Both the position numbers and the translations under genes were made by a program. DNA of 64,000 nucleotides, taken from contig NIVC01003016.1 of the NCBI GenBank assembly GCA_002269645.1, positions 61,201-125,200 of the forward strand, given 5' to 3'. The notes under the pieces are model-generated. The model worked only from the letters and a program-made list of their open reading frames with translations. It was not told the origin of the DNA and did no database searches. Shown piece after piece: positions 36,350 to 49,050 of the stretch; position 1 is the first letter of the stretch, and each line of letters begins with the position of its first letter. Source of the stretch: Macrostomum lignano. Lineage: Eukaryota.

Positions 36350-36840
36350 GGTGGAAGCCAGACTGAGGATCTGGGAAGGTGGCGGCGTAGCAACTGAGAA
36401 TATGGGAATGTGGTGGCCTAGCAACTGAGAATATGGGAATGTGGTGGCCTAGCAACTGAGAATATGGGAATGTGGTGGCCTAGCAACTGAGAATATGGGA
36501 AGGTGGCAGCCTAGCAACTGAGAATATGGGAATGTGGTGGCCTAGCAACTGAGAATATGGGAATGTGGTGGCCTAGCAACTGAGAATATGGGAAGGTGGC
36601 AGCCTAGCAACTGAGAATATGGGAATGTGGTGGCCTAGCAACTGAGAATATGGGAAGGTGGCAGCCTAGCAACTGAGAATATGGGAATGTGGTGGCCTAG
36701 CAACTGAGAATATGGGAAGGTGGCAGCCTAGCAACTGAGGATCTGGGAATGTGGTGGCCTAGCAACTGAGAATATGGGAAGGTGGCAGCCTAGCAACTGA
36801 GGATCTGGGAGGGGGAGCCTAGCAACTGAGGATCTGAGAG
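36350..36840. repeat. Minisatellite, 31-bp unit TAGCAACTGAGAATATGGGAATGTGGTGGCC
   Basis: About 15 copies with alternating variants, just 3' of SPCS1. Confidence 0.95.
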
Positions 36841-36970
36841 GGTGATTAACTGAAGTGACTGTATGCAATTGAGTGCACGAGATCATTATTGAATTTGTTT
36901 CAAACTCGCAAGTTAGCGAATCAACTATTTAACATTAAACTAGGAACATACAGTAATCAACACAATGCAG

Positions 36971-37294
36971 TCACTTGTCCTTCCTAGAAGACTTAGCGCC
37001 AACGCTAACATCATTTTCATCTGTAGAGTTATTAACGCGAACAGGTTGCCATTTCAGCGGATTCCGCCTGTACATCGGCCACGGTGGCAGCGTTAGTAAG
37101 GCAGCAATGGCAAAGCCAATGCCCAGGATGTACACAGTGAGCGAGAACTGCTGGTAGGCGTAGCCGCACGCAAAGCCAATAGTGGCAAAAATGCCCAACA
37201 CCCATTGAAAGGCAGTTTCAGCACAACGCTGACCTTCAAAATCCATGTGCGATGGTGGCAGCCGACTTTTTAATGCATTAATTAGACTGTACAT
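36971..37294 (-). CDS. SPCS1: Signal peptidase complex subunit 1 (SPC12), single coding exon, 107 aa
   Basis: HMDFEGQRCAE, two TM segments, GFACGYAYQQFSLTVY and LTLPPWPMYRRNPLKW are diagnostic of the SPC12 family. Confidence 0.95.
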   Translation of the reverse strand: MYSLINALKSRLPPSHMDFEGQRCAETAFQWVLGIFATIGFACGYAYQQFSLTVYILGIGFAIAALLTLPPWPMYRRNPLKWQPVRVNNSTDENDVSVGAKSSRKDK

Positions 37295-37408
37295 TGTGCG
37301 TGTCTGGACTGAATAATTGAATTAGGGCATGCAAACATGTGGGTTGACTTTTGATATTTTTGGTTATTATTATGATTGATATACACATGACATGACTCAT
37401 ACATGCGC

Positions 37409-37685
37409 AACAGTCGGCCGAGTCCGCCGATCCGGCCGACCGATTTGGCGGCCAACCAAGGAAGTCGCAAAAATGCCCACCCAAAAAATAACAAAGTAGT
37501 AGTACTAAGTAGCTGACGAGGCATTTTGGCTTAATAAGACAGTCATAGTTACTCCTGCCGTTTACCCAAAGTTGCGTTAATTTTGTTTTTTACATGTCGC
37601 ATTTTTGGTCAAAAACTATGTCGCATTTTTGTTAAAACTAAGTCACATGGCCGACCGAATTTCGGAGGTTGCGCATGCATGACAT
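37409..37685. mobile_element. Dispersed repeat, CpG-rich copy (family of 5110-5405)
   Basis: Colinear with 5110-5405 but retains CpGs. Confidence 0.85.
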
Positions 37686-39591
37686 GACTAATTTAATAGG
37701 TTGGTATGCCCAGCAAAAGACTTGTCCTAGAAAGTGTAATTTCTATATGCCTATGAAGTATTCCTATCCTCTGACCCTATTGTAGCCAATGGTCATTATT
37801 GCAAATAGCATCCATTGAAGATTGGCCCCTAGCAATGGTGTGGCATATAGCAGTTGGCACAGCACATGGCAATGGCATAGGGCAGGGGCACAGGGAAAAG
37901 AGTGCACAATTCACCAAATCACTGATCTTTGGGACTTGTGCTAGTACAGTCTAGTGCAGGAAAAGGAGGAGGCATCTAGCATAGTTCAGACTAAGGAATC
38001 TGAACTAGCATTGCACAATCCTAAGTTTGCCAATCCCAGGATTCTTGGGATTAGGATATCCTATACAGCCAGAATTAAAAAATCTTAGGATTCTTAGGAT
38101 TGGGATATTTTGGACTTTGCCAATCTTGGGATTAAAAAAGTTTCTAATTTTTGTTGATGCAATTTTAGTTTACAAAGCCATCTAATCTGATTTTAAAAGG
38201 CTTTCAGTAATAGAATTAGAAATAGAATAGAATTGGCAAAAATACGATCAAAATTGGTCAAGAATTGCAGTCTCTAGAGTGTTATGGACATACAAACCTT
38301 AGAGAGTTAGTATATTTGGATAAAATATACTTTTTGGCAAATAAGAAACTGTTAATAAGATCTGAATTGGTATATAATGTACATGTATAGGCTAGCATAA
38401 TTGACATGCTTATTATATGCCAATATTAGCTCAAGAAAATCATACTTGATTGTGATATAACCTAGAGAATAATAGCTTATAGAACTATGGCCTGAAGTAC
38501 TAATACCACCATTCCACCAGAGTAGAAAAGGATCAAACCTTACCTTCCTAGTTACCCAGTAAGGCACCTATCCTAAATAGAGAATCAGTAGCTTGGGTTA
38601 TGTTCCAATAGCAAGGTCCCATTGTTTTAACCCCAACTATGGCCAATACCAAGGAGTTTTAAAGGTAAGTCTAGGGATTACTTAAAATAGTTCTACCACC
38701 ACTCCTATGCTAAGCATCTAAAGGGTGTCTTAAAAGTTATAAAAATGGTATTTTGTATAGGGGGCTTCTGAAGTCTGATCTAGGCAAATCAAAATTGAAA
38801 ACCCTAGTTTTAGATAAGTTTGAGATAGAAGTTAAGTTTAAATTAACAATGATTTGACTCTTATTTGGCAAGCACTATGATCCAAAACAAAGCGAGATTA
38901 ACTTTTATTGCTTTTGGCTTTGTGTACAAGCTTTAGAATAATAGTTCTGTTAAGTTATATTATTAGTCTATAAGTACTATTGGATATAGATTATAGCACA
39001 TTATTATTACACCTTAATAAATCTCTTTACAAAGTTACAATCTCTTAACAGCTTCAGTTGTATTGTGTATTCCTGCAGCCCTATAGTAGTTTATTCATAT
39101 TCACTAGCTAGATAATTAGATCAAAGTAAGACAGCTGCATGGATTATGGTTTTTACCTATTTTGATTTCTGACAAGTATTGCAAGTTGCAGATACTACTA
39201 TTATTATTTGAGAATAAATGATTGAATAATTGCAAAGTGGGATTGAGATCTTGATAGTCAATCCTAGGTCCCTAGGATTTAGGCCTAATTGAAATACTAG
39301 GATTTAGAATCCTAGGATTTGGGTCTAATCTAACTTATAAGGATAGGATTCTATGATCCCAGGATTGTATTCCCTAGTTCTAACCTTGGCTTGGCTGTAA
39401 TAAAAGCCAAATGAAAGCTTAAGCATGCCTTTATTAGCCAAACATATTAGAAATTGGCAATAGCAAAGAGTTATTAAACTTTGTGAATTGGCCCATTAGC
39501 CTAGGCAATAGAATAGGATAGAATAGGATATATTCTACTGCATTTCTCTAGAACTAAAAAGTCAAATTATTAGACCTATAATGAGTTTTTT

Positions 39592-39789
39592 CCAGTAGCA
39601 CAACCAGAAATTTTTTGAGGGGGGGGGGCGGATTCTGGAAGGTAAAATCCCGGGAGGGGGGGGGCAGAGAGGTGGCTCTGTTTTTGGCGAAAATTCGCTT
39701 GGTCCCCCCTTCGATTTTTTTTGGGTCTCTGCCTAAGGGGGGGGGCGACCGCCCCCCCGGCCCCCCCTGGTTGCGGGTTGCGCCACTGG
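39592..39789. mobile_element. G/C-tract MITE with TIR CCAGT(G/A)GC(G/A)CAACC
   Basis: Left CCAGTAGCACAACC versus right GGTTGCGCCACTGG; T-rich flanks on both sides. Confidence 0.65.
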
Positions 39790-42029
39790 TTTTTTCTAAG
39801 AAAGCCATTCCTTTCAAAAGCGCAATAAGCCATTTCAATCAGAGGGTGAGAAAGGGTTTTGGTTAAACCAGAAATACTAAAAGAATAGGATCTGTCAACT
39901 TTTTTTTAGTTTTGGCATTCGTACTTGCCACCTTAGCTTGGCCAAACTGGTCCAAGACTCCAATTGGCTTGTTTGGAGGCGAAACGGTCCATGGACGAAA
40001 CGCCAAACGGTCTATGGGCGAAACAGTCTGTGGGCGAAATGGTCTAGGGGCGAAATGTATTCTACATGGCCGAAACGGTTTATGGGCAAACCGAGTCAAA
40101 ATGACAGTTCACCCAGTTACCCCTATGGGGCTATAAAGAGTAGAGTCGTGCCGCCACGAAAATAAAAAGTGGTTTCTAGGAAAACTTACAAATTAACTAA
40201 AATTTAAATCACTTTTATCAAAAAATAAAAACTAGCTGTCTTCGTTTTTATGAAACGTATAATAATTTTAAATACTTATCAGATAACTTTTTTTGCAATC
40301 AATAAGTGTTTCTAACAAAAATCTAAGAAAAAATATTTCAAATTCATAAAATTCAAAGTTTCTAAAGTTGGGAGCAGCAGCATCAAGATCAAGATGATTG
40401 TACTTAATGCAGCATATGAGCATGAGCAAGGTCTGCAAGGTCAAGGATGCAGCGTAAATTGATAAAGGAGGTCAGGTCCATTAATCTAATCATAATATAC
40501 TGCATCTCCAATTAGTTACTATTATTAATGAACCTAATTAGCATTTTAGATGTGTCAAATGAAAGCTGAACTTCAAATTATTTCCTATGCCTAATATTAA
40601 ACTCTTACACGTCCTAAAATATTATTAAATCAAAATAAATATTAAAATGCTAAAATTAAGAAATAATGTTTAAAATAGTAGGCAGTGATTATTCCCACAG
40701 TACTGTGCCAATAATGACAATATTATGAATTATCCACATGTGCTATGCCAATAATTCTCTGGCTGGAGTGCTCTGCTTATTTTCATGGCAGCTAAATTAT
40801 AATACAATCTAATGGCTCTGGCCAAAGTCATCACATTGTGGCTTGGCTTTCAGTCACTCTGGCAACAAACAAGACAAACTAGTGACAGACAATCTAGCAA
40901 CAGTCAAAGTGCATGGTAACATATGACAATCTGACAATCTGTTTTGTTTATAGATTTTATGTATGGATTTTGAATTTTGCCACTTGCCAGATTGTCTTTT
41001 TGCTAACTGGATTGACTGGATACCTCATATTGTCAAGTGTTGTATTATGATTTAACATGTAAATTATTATTAGTTTATTTATTTATTAATAATATTAATA
41101 ATATTTATTAATAATAATATATTAAAAATTTTTATAACAGATAACACAACTATAATTGCATTATAATAAGTAAGTAAATGGTTTTACATTAGACCACCTG
41201 CTATAAGTTCATAACTAACTATACCTAGTTCAAAATGATTTAAAGAGCAATTAATTAAGAAATAATATTTTTTTAGAAAACTTGAAAATCCTTTTTATCA
41301 TATAGCAAAAATCTAATATCTTAAGAAAAAACCTAGTGTGTAGCAAATAAAAATAAGATAAAAAGGATGGAACTATCACTATAGCCCTAGCTAGATAAAT
41401 AAATAGTTAGCTTTTCTTTGATCACTTATTTCTAACTTTGACCTCTGTTAACTGCTTATTGTTATCTTATTGGCTAAGCTAGATTTGGCTAGCCTTCTAA
41501 TCAAAGTTTTGCTAGTTTTGTGCATCATTTATATAATTAAGTAAATATTAGTTATAAACCAATTTTAGTTATAAACCATAGGCCTATAAATCCCATATTC
41601 AAAATCAAAAGGCTAAAAAGTATAACTATAAACCCTAAAAAGAGAAAATAAATTTTAATTGCTATATTAAATTTAAGTGATACTAATGACAAAATAAATA
41701 AAAAAGAATATACATTATACTTTTTTCAAAATGTTGGTTGCAAGTAATATAGCTTAGTTATTTTAGTACCTTTGCATGCTTGTTTGTATCCTTAATCAAA
41801 CTTTTACCTAGTGGTATCTTCATATCAATCATTCAAAATAAGCAATAATACTAAGCATCATCATTGATGCTAGGCCATAGTTCAGATTGTGTATTAGTGT
41901 ATACTAGGTCTAGTAGGAGAATAATAAAAAGAATCTTATTTTTATGCTAGGACAAAAAATGCATCTATGCTAAGATGTATGTTGATATATGCTAAAAAAG
42001 GCAAGTACCTTTGTTGTATATTAGGAAAT

Positions 42030-42545
42030 CTTGTCTGTCAGCTGATGGAGTCAGATGTCTGTCAGCTGATGGGGTCAGATGTCTGTCAGCTGATGGGGTC
42101 AGATGTCTGTCAGCTGATGGGGTCAGATGCGTGTCGATGGGGTCAGATGTCTGTATCAGCTGATGGGGTCAGATGTGTGTCAATTGATGGGGTCAGATGT
42201 CTGTCAGCTGATGGGGTCAGATGTCTGTCAGCTGATGGGGTCAGATGTCTGTCAGCTGATGGGGTCAGATGTCTGTCAGCTGATGGGGTCAGATGTGTGT
42301 CAATGAGGTCAGATGTCTGTATCAGCTGATGGGGTCAGATGTGTGTCAATTGATGGGGTCAGATGTCTGTCAGCTGATGGGGTCAGATGTCTGTCAGCTG
42401 ATGGGGTCAGATGTCTGTCAGCTGATGGGGTCAGATGTCTGTCAGCTGATGGGGTCAGATGTGTGTCAATGAGGTCAGATGTCTGTATCAGCTGATGGGG
42501 TCAGATGTGTGTCAATTGATGGGGTCAGATGTCTGTCAGCTGTTG
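42030..42545. repeat. Minisatellite, 24-bp unit GTCTGTCAGCTGATGGGGTCAGAT
   Basis: About 21 copies with a ~170-bp secondary period. Confidence 0.95.
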
Positions 42546-43054
42546 GGTATTAAGGAAAACTTCGTGTAATTAGCAATTTTATGACCTGCCATTCAACGTA
42601 CTCGTACAAGTGAATACTTTGCACTTGTTTTAGTCTTACGCACAGAATTTTTATTGAACTTCAGTAATTTATGTAGTATCGTAAAAATTGTTTGCATTTA
42701 AATTTCGAACTTTGTTAAAGTTTTGTTTTTGTTGTCAGAATTGGCTTTTGCGTCATTTCTCTGCTCTTATCAAGTTGTAGTTTGCGCAATGTATAAGGCC
42801 TGCTGTGCGCATTTAATAGTTGTATTTCGAAGTTATTTTGTGTGGTAAAACAAACTTGCTTTTAAACAAGTTATTTTTTGCTCCATTGTTTTTATTGTTG
42901 ATATTTTCATACAGTTTAGAAAATCATTCATTTGATGTCTGACGCCCCTCAAAGCCTACCAAAAAACTGAGATAAAGATCAACATCTACTAAAATCTAGT
43001 TAGACATAATGCTCTTATACTTAGAATTAAGAAACCCAACACAATACTTACGAC

Positions 43055-43600
43055 TCCACCATCCCCTCAAACCCCACCATCCCCTCAAACCCCACCACCC
43101 CTCAAACCCCACCACCCCTCAAACCCCACCACCCCTCAAACCCCACCACTCCTCAAACCCCACGAACCATGAACTCCCACCACCCCTGAACTCCCACCAA
43201 CCCTCAACTCCCACCACCCTCAACTCCCACCACCCCTCAAACCCCACCACCCCTCAAACCCCACCACTCCTCAAACCCCACGAACCATGAACTCCCACCA
43301 CCCCTGAACTCCCACCAACCCTCAACTCCCACCACCCTCAACTCCCACCACCCCTCAGACCCCACCACCCCTCAAACCCCACCAACCCTGAACTCCCACC
43401 ACCCCTGAACTCCCACCAACCCTCAACTCCCACCACCCCTCAACTCCCACCACCCCTCAAAGCCGACCATCCCAAACTCCAACCTTCAAATGCCACCACC
43501 CCAAACCCCACCACCTCAAAACCCACCATCTCTCAAACTACACCACCCCCAAATCCAATAACCCCGTCAAATTCCACTGCACCTCAAACCCCACCATCCC
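43055..43600. repeat. C-rich ~19-bp degenerate tandem repeat (CTCAAACCCCACCACCCC)
   Basis: Runs directly into the DCAKD acceptor CCCTTCAG. Confidence 0.9.
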
Positions 43601-43605
43601 TTCAG

Positions 43606-45463
43606 TACCTGGTCGGTCTAACCGGCGGCATCGCGTCGGGCAAGTCAACGGTGGCGGACCAGCTGCGCCGAATGGGCGTGCTGGTGATCGACGCCGATTC
43701 GGTGGCCAAGTCGGCGCTGGAGCCGCGCCAGCCAGCCTGGGCCCAGGTTGTGCGAGAATTTGGGCCAGGCGTGCTGCTGCCAGACTCTGACGAGATTGAC
43801 AGGGACCGACTGGGCGCCATCGTGTTTGCCGACGCTGGCAAGCGGGCCAAATTGAATGCAATCGTGCATCCTACTGTTTACAGAGAGATTGCCTACCAGT
43901 TGATTTATCATTTCTTTATGCTGGAGCAATTTGTTGTGCTGGAATTGCCGCTGCTGTTTGAGAAGTCTGGCGCCGGCATGCTGCCCTGGCTGACCGAAGT
44001 TGTCGTTGTTTACTGCCGCCCCGAGCAGCAGCTGGAGAGACTGATGAGGCGGAATCCTCAGTTGACTGAGGAGCAGGTGGGTGCTGTTAATCGCTGAATT
44101 GCGGAAGCTAAAAAAAAGGCAGATTCTCAAACACTGAGGGGGAGCGGAGAGGCAGATTCTCAAACACTGAGGGGGAGCGGAGAGGCAGATTCTCAAACAC
44201 TGAGGGGGAGCGGAGAGGCAGATTCTCAAGCACTGATGGAGAGCGGAGAGGCAGATTCTCAAACACTGAGGGGGAGCGGAGAGGCAGATTCTCAAACACT
44301 GAGGGGGAGCGGAGAGGCAGATTCTAAAGCACTGATGGAGAGCGGAGAGGCAGATTCTCAAGCACTGATGGAGAGCGGAGAGGCAGATTCTCAAGCATTG
44401 ATGGAGAGCGGAGAGGCAGATTCTCAAGCACTGATGGAGAGCGGAGAGGCAGATTCTCAAGCACTGATGGAGAGCGGAGAGGCAGATTCTCAAGCACTGA
44501 TGGAGAGCGGAGAGGCAGATTCTCAAGCACTGATGGAGAGCGGAGAGGCAGATTCTCAAGCACTGATGGAGAGCGGAGAGGCAGATTCTCAAGCACTGAT
44601 GGAGAGCGGAGAGGCAGATTCTCAAGCATTGATGGAGAAGAGAGGCAGATTCTCAAGCATTGATGGAGAAGAGAGGCAGATTCTCAAGCACTGATGGGGA
44701 GAGCGGAGAGGCAGATTCTCAAGCATTGATGGAGAAGAGAGGCAGATTCTCAAGCACTGATGGAGAGCGGAGAGGCAGATTCTCAAGCACTGATGGAGAG
44801 CGGAGAGGCAGATTCTCAAGCACTGATGGGGAGCGGAGAGGCAGATTCTCAAGCACTGATGGAGAGCGGAGAGGCAGATTCTCAAGCACTGATGGAGAGC
44901 GGAGAGGCAGATTCTCAAGCACTGATGGGGAGCGGAGAGGCAGATTCTCAAGCACTGATGGAGAGCGGAGAGGCAGATTCTCAAGCACTGATGGAGAGCG
45001 GAGAGGCAGATTCTCAAGCACTGATGGGGAGCGGAGAGGCAGATTCTCAAGCACTGATGGAGAGCGGAGAGGCAGATTCTCAAGCACTAATGGAGAGCGG
45101 AGAGGCAGATTCTCAAGCACTAATGGAGAACGGAGAGGCAACTAATGTCAATCTCTGCAGGGTTAACAAATAAAAGTGGTAATTATTTCACGCTCACCCC
45201 CCCCCCACTAGGCCAAGCAACGCATCGCAGCCCAGCTGCCATTGGACTCGAAGGTAACCAAGGCTACTGTGGTGATTGACAACCAGCACAGCGAGGCGCA
45301 CAGCAGGGACCAGGCGGTGCGGCTGTACAAAAGACTTCTAGCAAGCCGAGCGCAGTGGATTTCGCGCAGCCTGTTCACCGCAGGAGTGGCAGTACTGGCC
45401 GCTGTGGTCGGCCTGCCGTTCTACCTGTGGTCGGCAAGGCTGTCTAGAAGTGCCGCATTGTAG
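43606..45463 (+). CDS. DCAKD: Dephospho-CoA kinase domain-containing protein; exons 43606-44076 and 45212-45463; initiator Met absent from the genomic exon
   Basis: YLVGLTGGIASGKST P-loop, IDAD, IDRDRLGAIVF, LNAIVHP, LELPLLFE, RIAAQLPL, IDN and a C-terminal hydrophobic tail; the intron is phase 0. Confidence 0.95.
44118..45140. repeat. Intronic minisatellite, 33-bp unit GGCAGATTCTCAAGCACTGATGGAGAGCGGAGA
   Basis: About 31 copies filling the DCAKD intron. Confidence 0.96.
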
Positions 45464-45667
45464 GTTGCTGCTGTATGCTTCCGAGAGATCCTACTGACAT
45501 TCTATCTAGATTTTATTTATTCATTGATTTGCTGTCGCTATGTTAATATACAAATGGTCGCAATTATGTTTTGTTAATCTAAGTTTGGTTGGTTTTAGTT
45601 TTAATTTTGCTGTCTTTCAACTGTTTAGCAGATTTAGTCAGGTTCCGCGTTATTGACAAACTCTTTA

Positions 45668-46470
45668 TTCCCCAGGCATTCCAATCCCTAAGCTTCCCAG
45701 TCCCATCCCCAAGCATTCCAATCCCTAAGCTTCCCAGTCCCATCCCCAGGCATTCCAATCCCTAAGCTTCCCAGTCCCATCCCCAGGCATTCCAATCCCT
45801 AAGCTTCCCAGTCCCATCCCCAAGTATTCCAATCCCTAAGCTTTCCAGTCCCATCCCCAGGCATTCCATTCCCATCCCCAGGCATTCCAGTCCCATCCCC
45901 AGGCATTCCAGTCCCATCCCCAGGCATTCCAGTCCCATCCCCAGGCATTCCAGTCCCATCCCAGGCATTCCAGTCCCATCCCCAGGCATTCCAGTCCCAT
46001 CCCCAGGCATTCCAGTCCCATACCCAGGCATTCCAGTCCCATCCCCAGGCATTCCAATCCCTAAGCTTCCCAGTCCCATCCCCAAGCATTCCAATCCCTA
46101 AGCTTCCCAGTCCCATCCCCAAGCATTCCAATCCCTAAGCTTCCCAGTCTCATCCCCAAGCATTCCAATCCCTAAGCTTCCCAGTCCCATCCCCAAGCAT
46201 TCCAATCCCTAAGCTTCCCAGTCCCATCCCCAAGCATTCCAATCCCTAAGCTTCCCAGTCCCATTCCCAGGCATTCCAATCTCTGAGCTTCCCAGTCCCA
46301 TCCCCAGGCATTCCAATCCCTAAGCTTCCCAGTCCCATTCCCAGGCATTCCAATCTCTGAGCTTCCCAGTCCCATCCCCAGGCATTCCAATCCCTAAGCT
46401 TCCCAGTCCCATCCCCAGGCATTCCAATCCCTAAGCTTCCCAGTCCCATCCCCAGGCATTCCAATCCCTA
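45668..46470. repeat. Minisatellite, 37-bp unit with an internal run of 21-bp subunits
   Basis: CCCAGGCATTCCAATCCCTAAGCTTCCCAGTCCCATC; 21-bp deletion derivative at ~45855-46040. Confidence 0.95.
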
Positions 46471-47060
46471 ATTTTCCCAGTTTATAAAATTAAAATACTA
46501 AAGCACAAATTTAAAGCAAATAATATTCAATCAAGGTCAATTTTGTCATAAGATATTTTAACTGCCGTACCCTTAGTTCGGTATCAGCCGATGTTCTTTA
46601 CTCTCGCAGACTTTAAAATGGTCATATCTGCGCACTAAAACAGATAAGTGAACTATTTATGTTCGTACGTCAGCGAGAGGAAATCAAAGATCTTGTAATG
46701 CAGAATGTACGTAGTCCAACGCGCAACGTCAATACCAATCTATCCCGACAGGGTAGACAAGCATGTACACCATCAGAGCTTCTCTCAGCAACTGTACATT
46801 CAACGTGGGTTCTTAACACTTTGATGTAAGACAGTTATAATAGTTTAAAGTTCTAATGATCAGATGATACACTCTCATACTAACAAGTGACACTTTCAGG
46901 GCTCCGTATCTGAAAAGGAGCATGTACAGTACAAGTTTGCACTTGCACAGGTTTTGTACCACTAAATTCATGATAATGAAGCAGCTAACTTAACTGATTC
47001 GCGCGAAGTTGTGCGCTCTCAGTTAGCAGCTTGCCTCATATTGTATGCGTCAAGTTAGTT

Positions 47061-48977
47061 ATGACCGAGCAGCTAAGTAGAATTATTGAAACAACGTTCG
47101 GACATGGCCTCAGACAGAAACTGCAAAGCAGGTACGACTCGTTGGTGGATCACGCCAAGGTTTATGTGACAGGTGAGGTCAACGTTTAATAAAATTGTAC
47201 CTCTCAGCTAGCCAGCCCAGCTAGCCACCCCAGCTAGCCACCCCCAGCTAGCCACCCCCAGCTAGCCACCCCCAGCTAGCCACCCCAGCTAGCCACCCCC
47301 AGCTAGCCACCCCCAGCTAGCCACCCCCAGCTAGCCACCCCAGCTAGCCACCCCAGCTAGCCACTCCCAGCTAACCACTCCCAGCTAGCCGCCCCCAGCT
47401 AGCCGCCCCAGCTAGCCACCCCCAGCTAGCCACCCCAGCTAGCCACCCCCAGCTAGCCACCCTTAGCTAGCCACTCCCAGCTAGCCACCCCCAGCTAGCC
47501 ACCCCAGCTGGCCACCTCCAGCTAGCCACCCTTAGCTAGCCACCTCCAGCTAGCCACCTCCAGCTAGCCACCTCCAGCTAGCGACCCCCCAGCTAGCTGC
47601 AAAGTACAAATTAATTCATTAAAAGAAATATAAAACAACATCTGCTTTTCAAACTCGAACTCCTCAATCCTCTCATCTCAGGCCATCTTCTTTGGCTGCT
47701 CATAGCTCCCACCGAACTCAATCGGATTTTGTTCACAAATCGCCGAGCCACATTTGTCTCAGCTTTGCGCGATATCGGCTTAGAAAACGGATCAGTTAGC
47801 GAAGTTTGGTCTGCTAATGGTTTCTATCTGGTTGCTATGGACTCGTCTAGCGGTATCGGAACAGTGCGCTGCTGCTTTTGCGGCTGCTTCTGTCAGATAC
47901 AGCCGGGGTTCGATGCCGACTATGAGGCTGTGCTGCGGCTGCATACAGAATCAGCATTGTCCAAGGGTACTCATTGTTCTGTAGTGAGTCTACTGAGTAT
48001 GCAAGTTGCTGATCCAGCTGGAATTGCTGCTCAAGCCAGACGGATAGCTGGCGACATGAGAAAATTGAGATTGGCTTTGGAACTATTGCCCGTGCAGCTG
48101 GCTTCCAGCTATGGCTACTCGGTGAGCTGTGAGCGGCATTTAAACAGAGTCTGACTCAGCTGGCTAATGACCGATGCAGAGTCTGACTCAGCTGGCTAAT
48201 GACCGATGCAGAGAGTCTGACTCAGCTGGTTAATGACCGATGCAGAGAGTCTCACTGAGATGGTTAATGACCGATGCAGAGAGTCTGACTCAGCTGGTTA
48301 ATGACCGATGCAGAGAGTCTGACTCAGCTGGTTAATGACCGAAGCAGAGTCTTACTGAGATGGTTAATGCCCGAAGCAGAGAGTCTCACTGAGATGGTTA
48401 ATGACCGATGCAGAGAGTCTGACTAGCTGACTACGGGTGGCTAGCTACAGCAAAAGTTTGTGTAAAAGTCGCCAATAGGCAGCTGCATAAAATATTCAAA
48501 TTTCAGGCGAATCTTCTTTGTTTAAGCATCGCCCGCCACCTCTACTCCATCAAACTGATTGGCCCAGACAGTGATGGCGCTTTGCCCAGCCTCCGAGCTG
48601 GCGATATCATAGCCTTGGCTCTAAATATGGAACAATTTTACTACTATAGCGATTTCGACATTCTCGGTTTAATAGATTTGGCTCTAGTTGATCAGCCTAC
48701 TATTAGTAGTAATCAGCTGGTTCAACAGTCAGTTGTCTCAGTTACACCAATGGGCTCTGGTGTTGCTACCGCTGCCGCGGCGCCATCCGGCCCAGATGCA
48801 ACTGTCGCCGCCAATGCCGACGATGAAAAATGCTCTCGATGCCGGATGAGAACTCGGAATCGAGTGTCGCTTCCGTGCGCACATTTTGTCTCGTGCGAGC
48901 GCTGCTTAGAGCTGTCAGGGGCCTGTCTCCGCTGTCACGGTGTCGTGTTGGCTAGCCTAGTGGCGTACATTACTTAA
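47061..48977 (+). CDS. IAP-like protein with one divergent BIR-like domain and a C-terminal RING; exons 47061-47172, 47682-48121, 48507-48977 (340 aa)
   Basis: RRATF...ANGFY...VRCCFCG...H...C (BIR-like); CSRC..RNRVSLPCAHFVSCERC...CLRC (IAP-type RING); junction phases 1 and 0 keep frame. Confidence 0.75.
47205..47597. repeat. Intronic 13-14-bp minisatellite CAGCTAGCCACCCC
   Basis: About 28 copies in IAP-like intron 1. Confidence 0.95.
48143..48430. repeat. Intronic ~35-bp tandem repeat AGAGTCTGACTCAGCTGGTTAATGACCGATGCAG
   Basis: About 8 copies in IAP-like intron 2. Confidence 0.92.
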
Positions 48978-49050
48978 CCATTATAATAATACTCACTTTG
49001 CAGTGTGCTGTTGGTGTGAATTTCTGTAGAAGTCTATCCCTGTAACTGTT

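Noticed and set aside
36971-37294. SPCS1 and ADO as processed retrocopies
   Set aside because: The single-exon ORFs are intact, and no poly(A) remnant or TSD was seen; intron loss or ancestral intronless structure is sufficient.
44100-45173. MESGEADSQAL and RICLSALHQC repeat ORFs
   Set aside because: They come from the 33-bp minisatellite inside the DCAKD intron.
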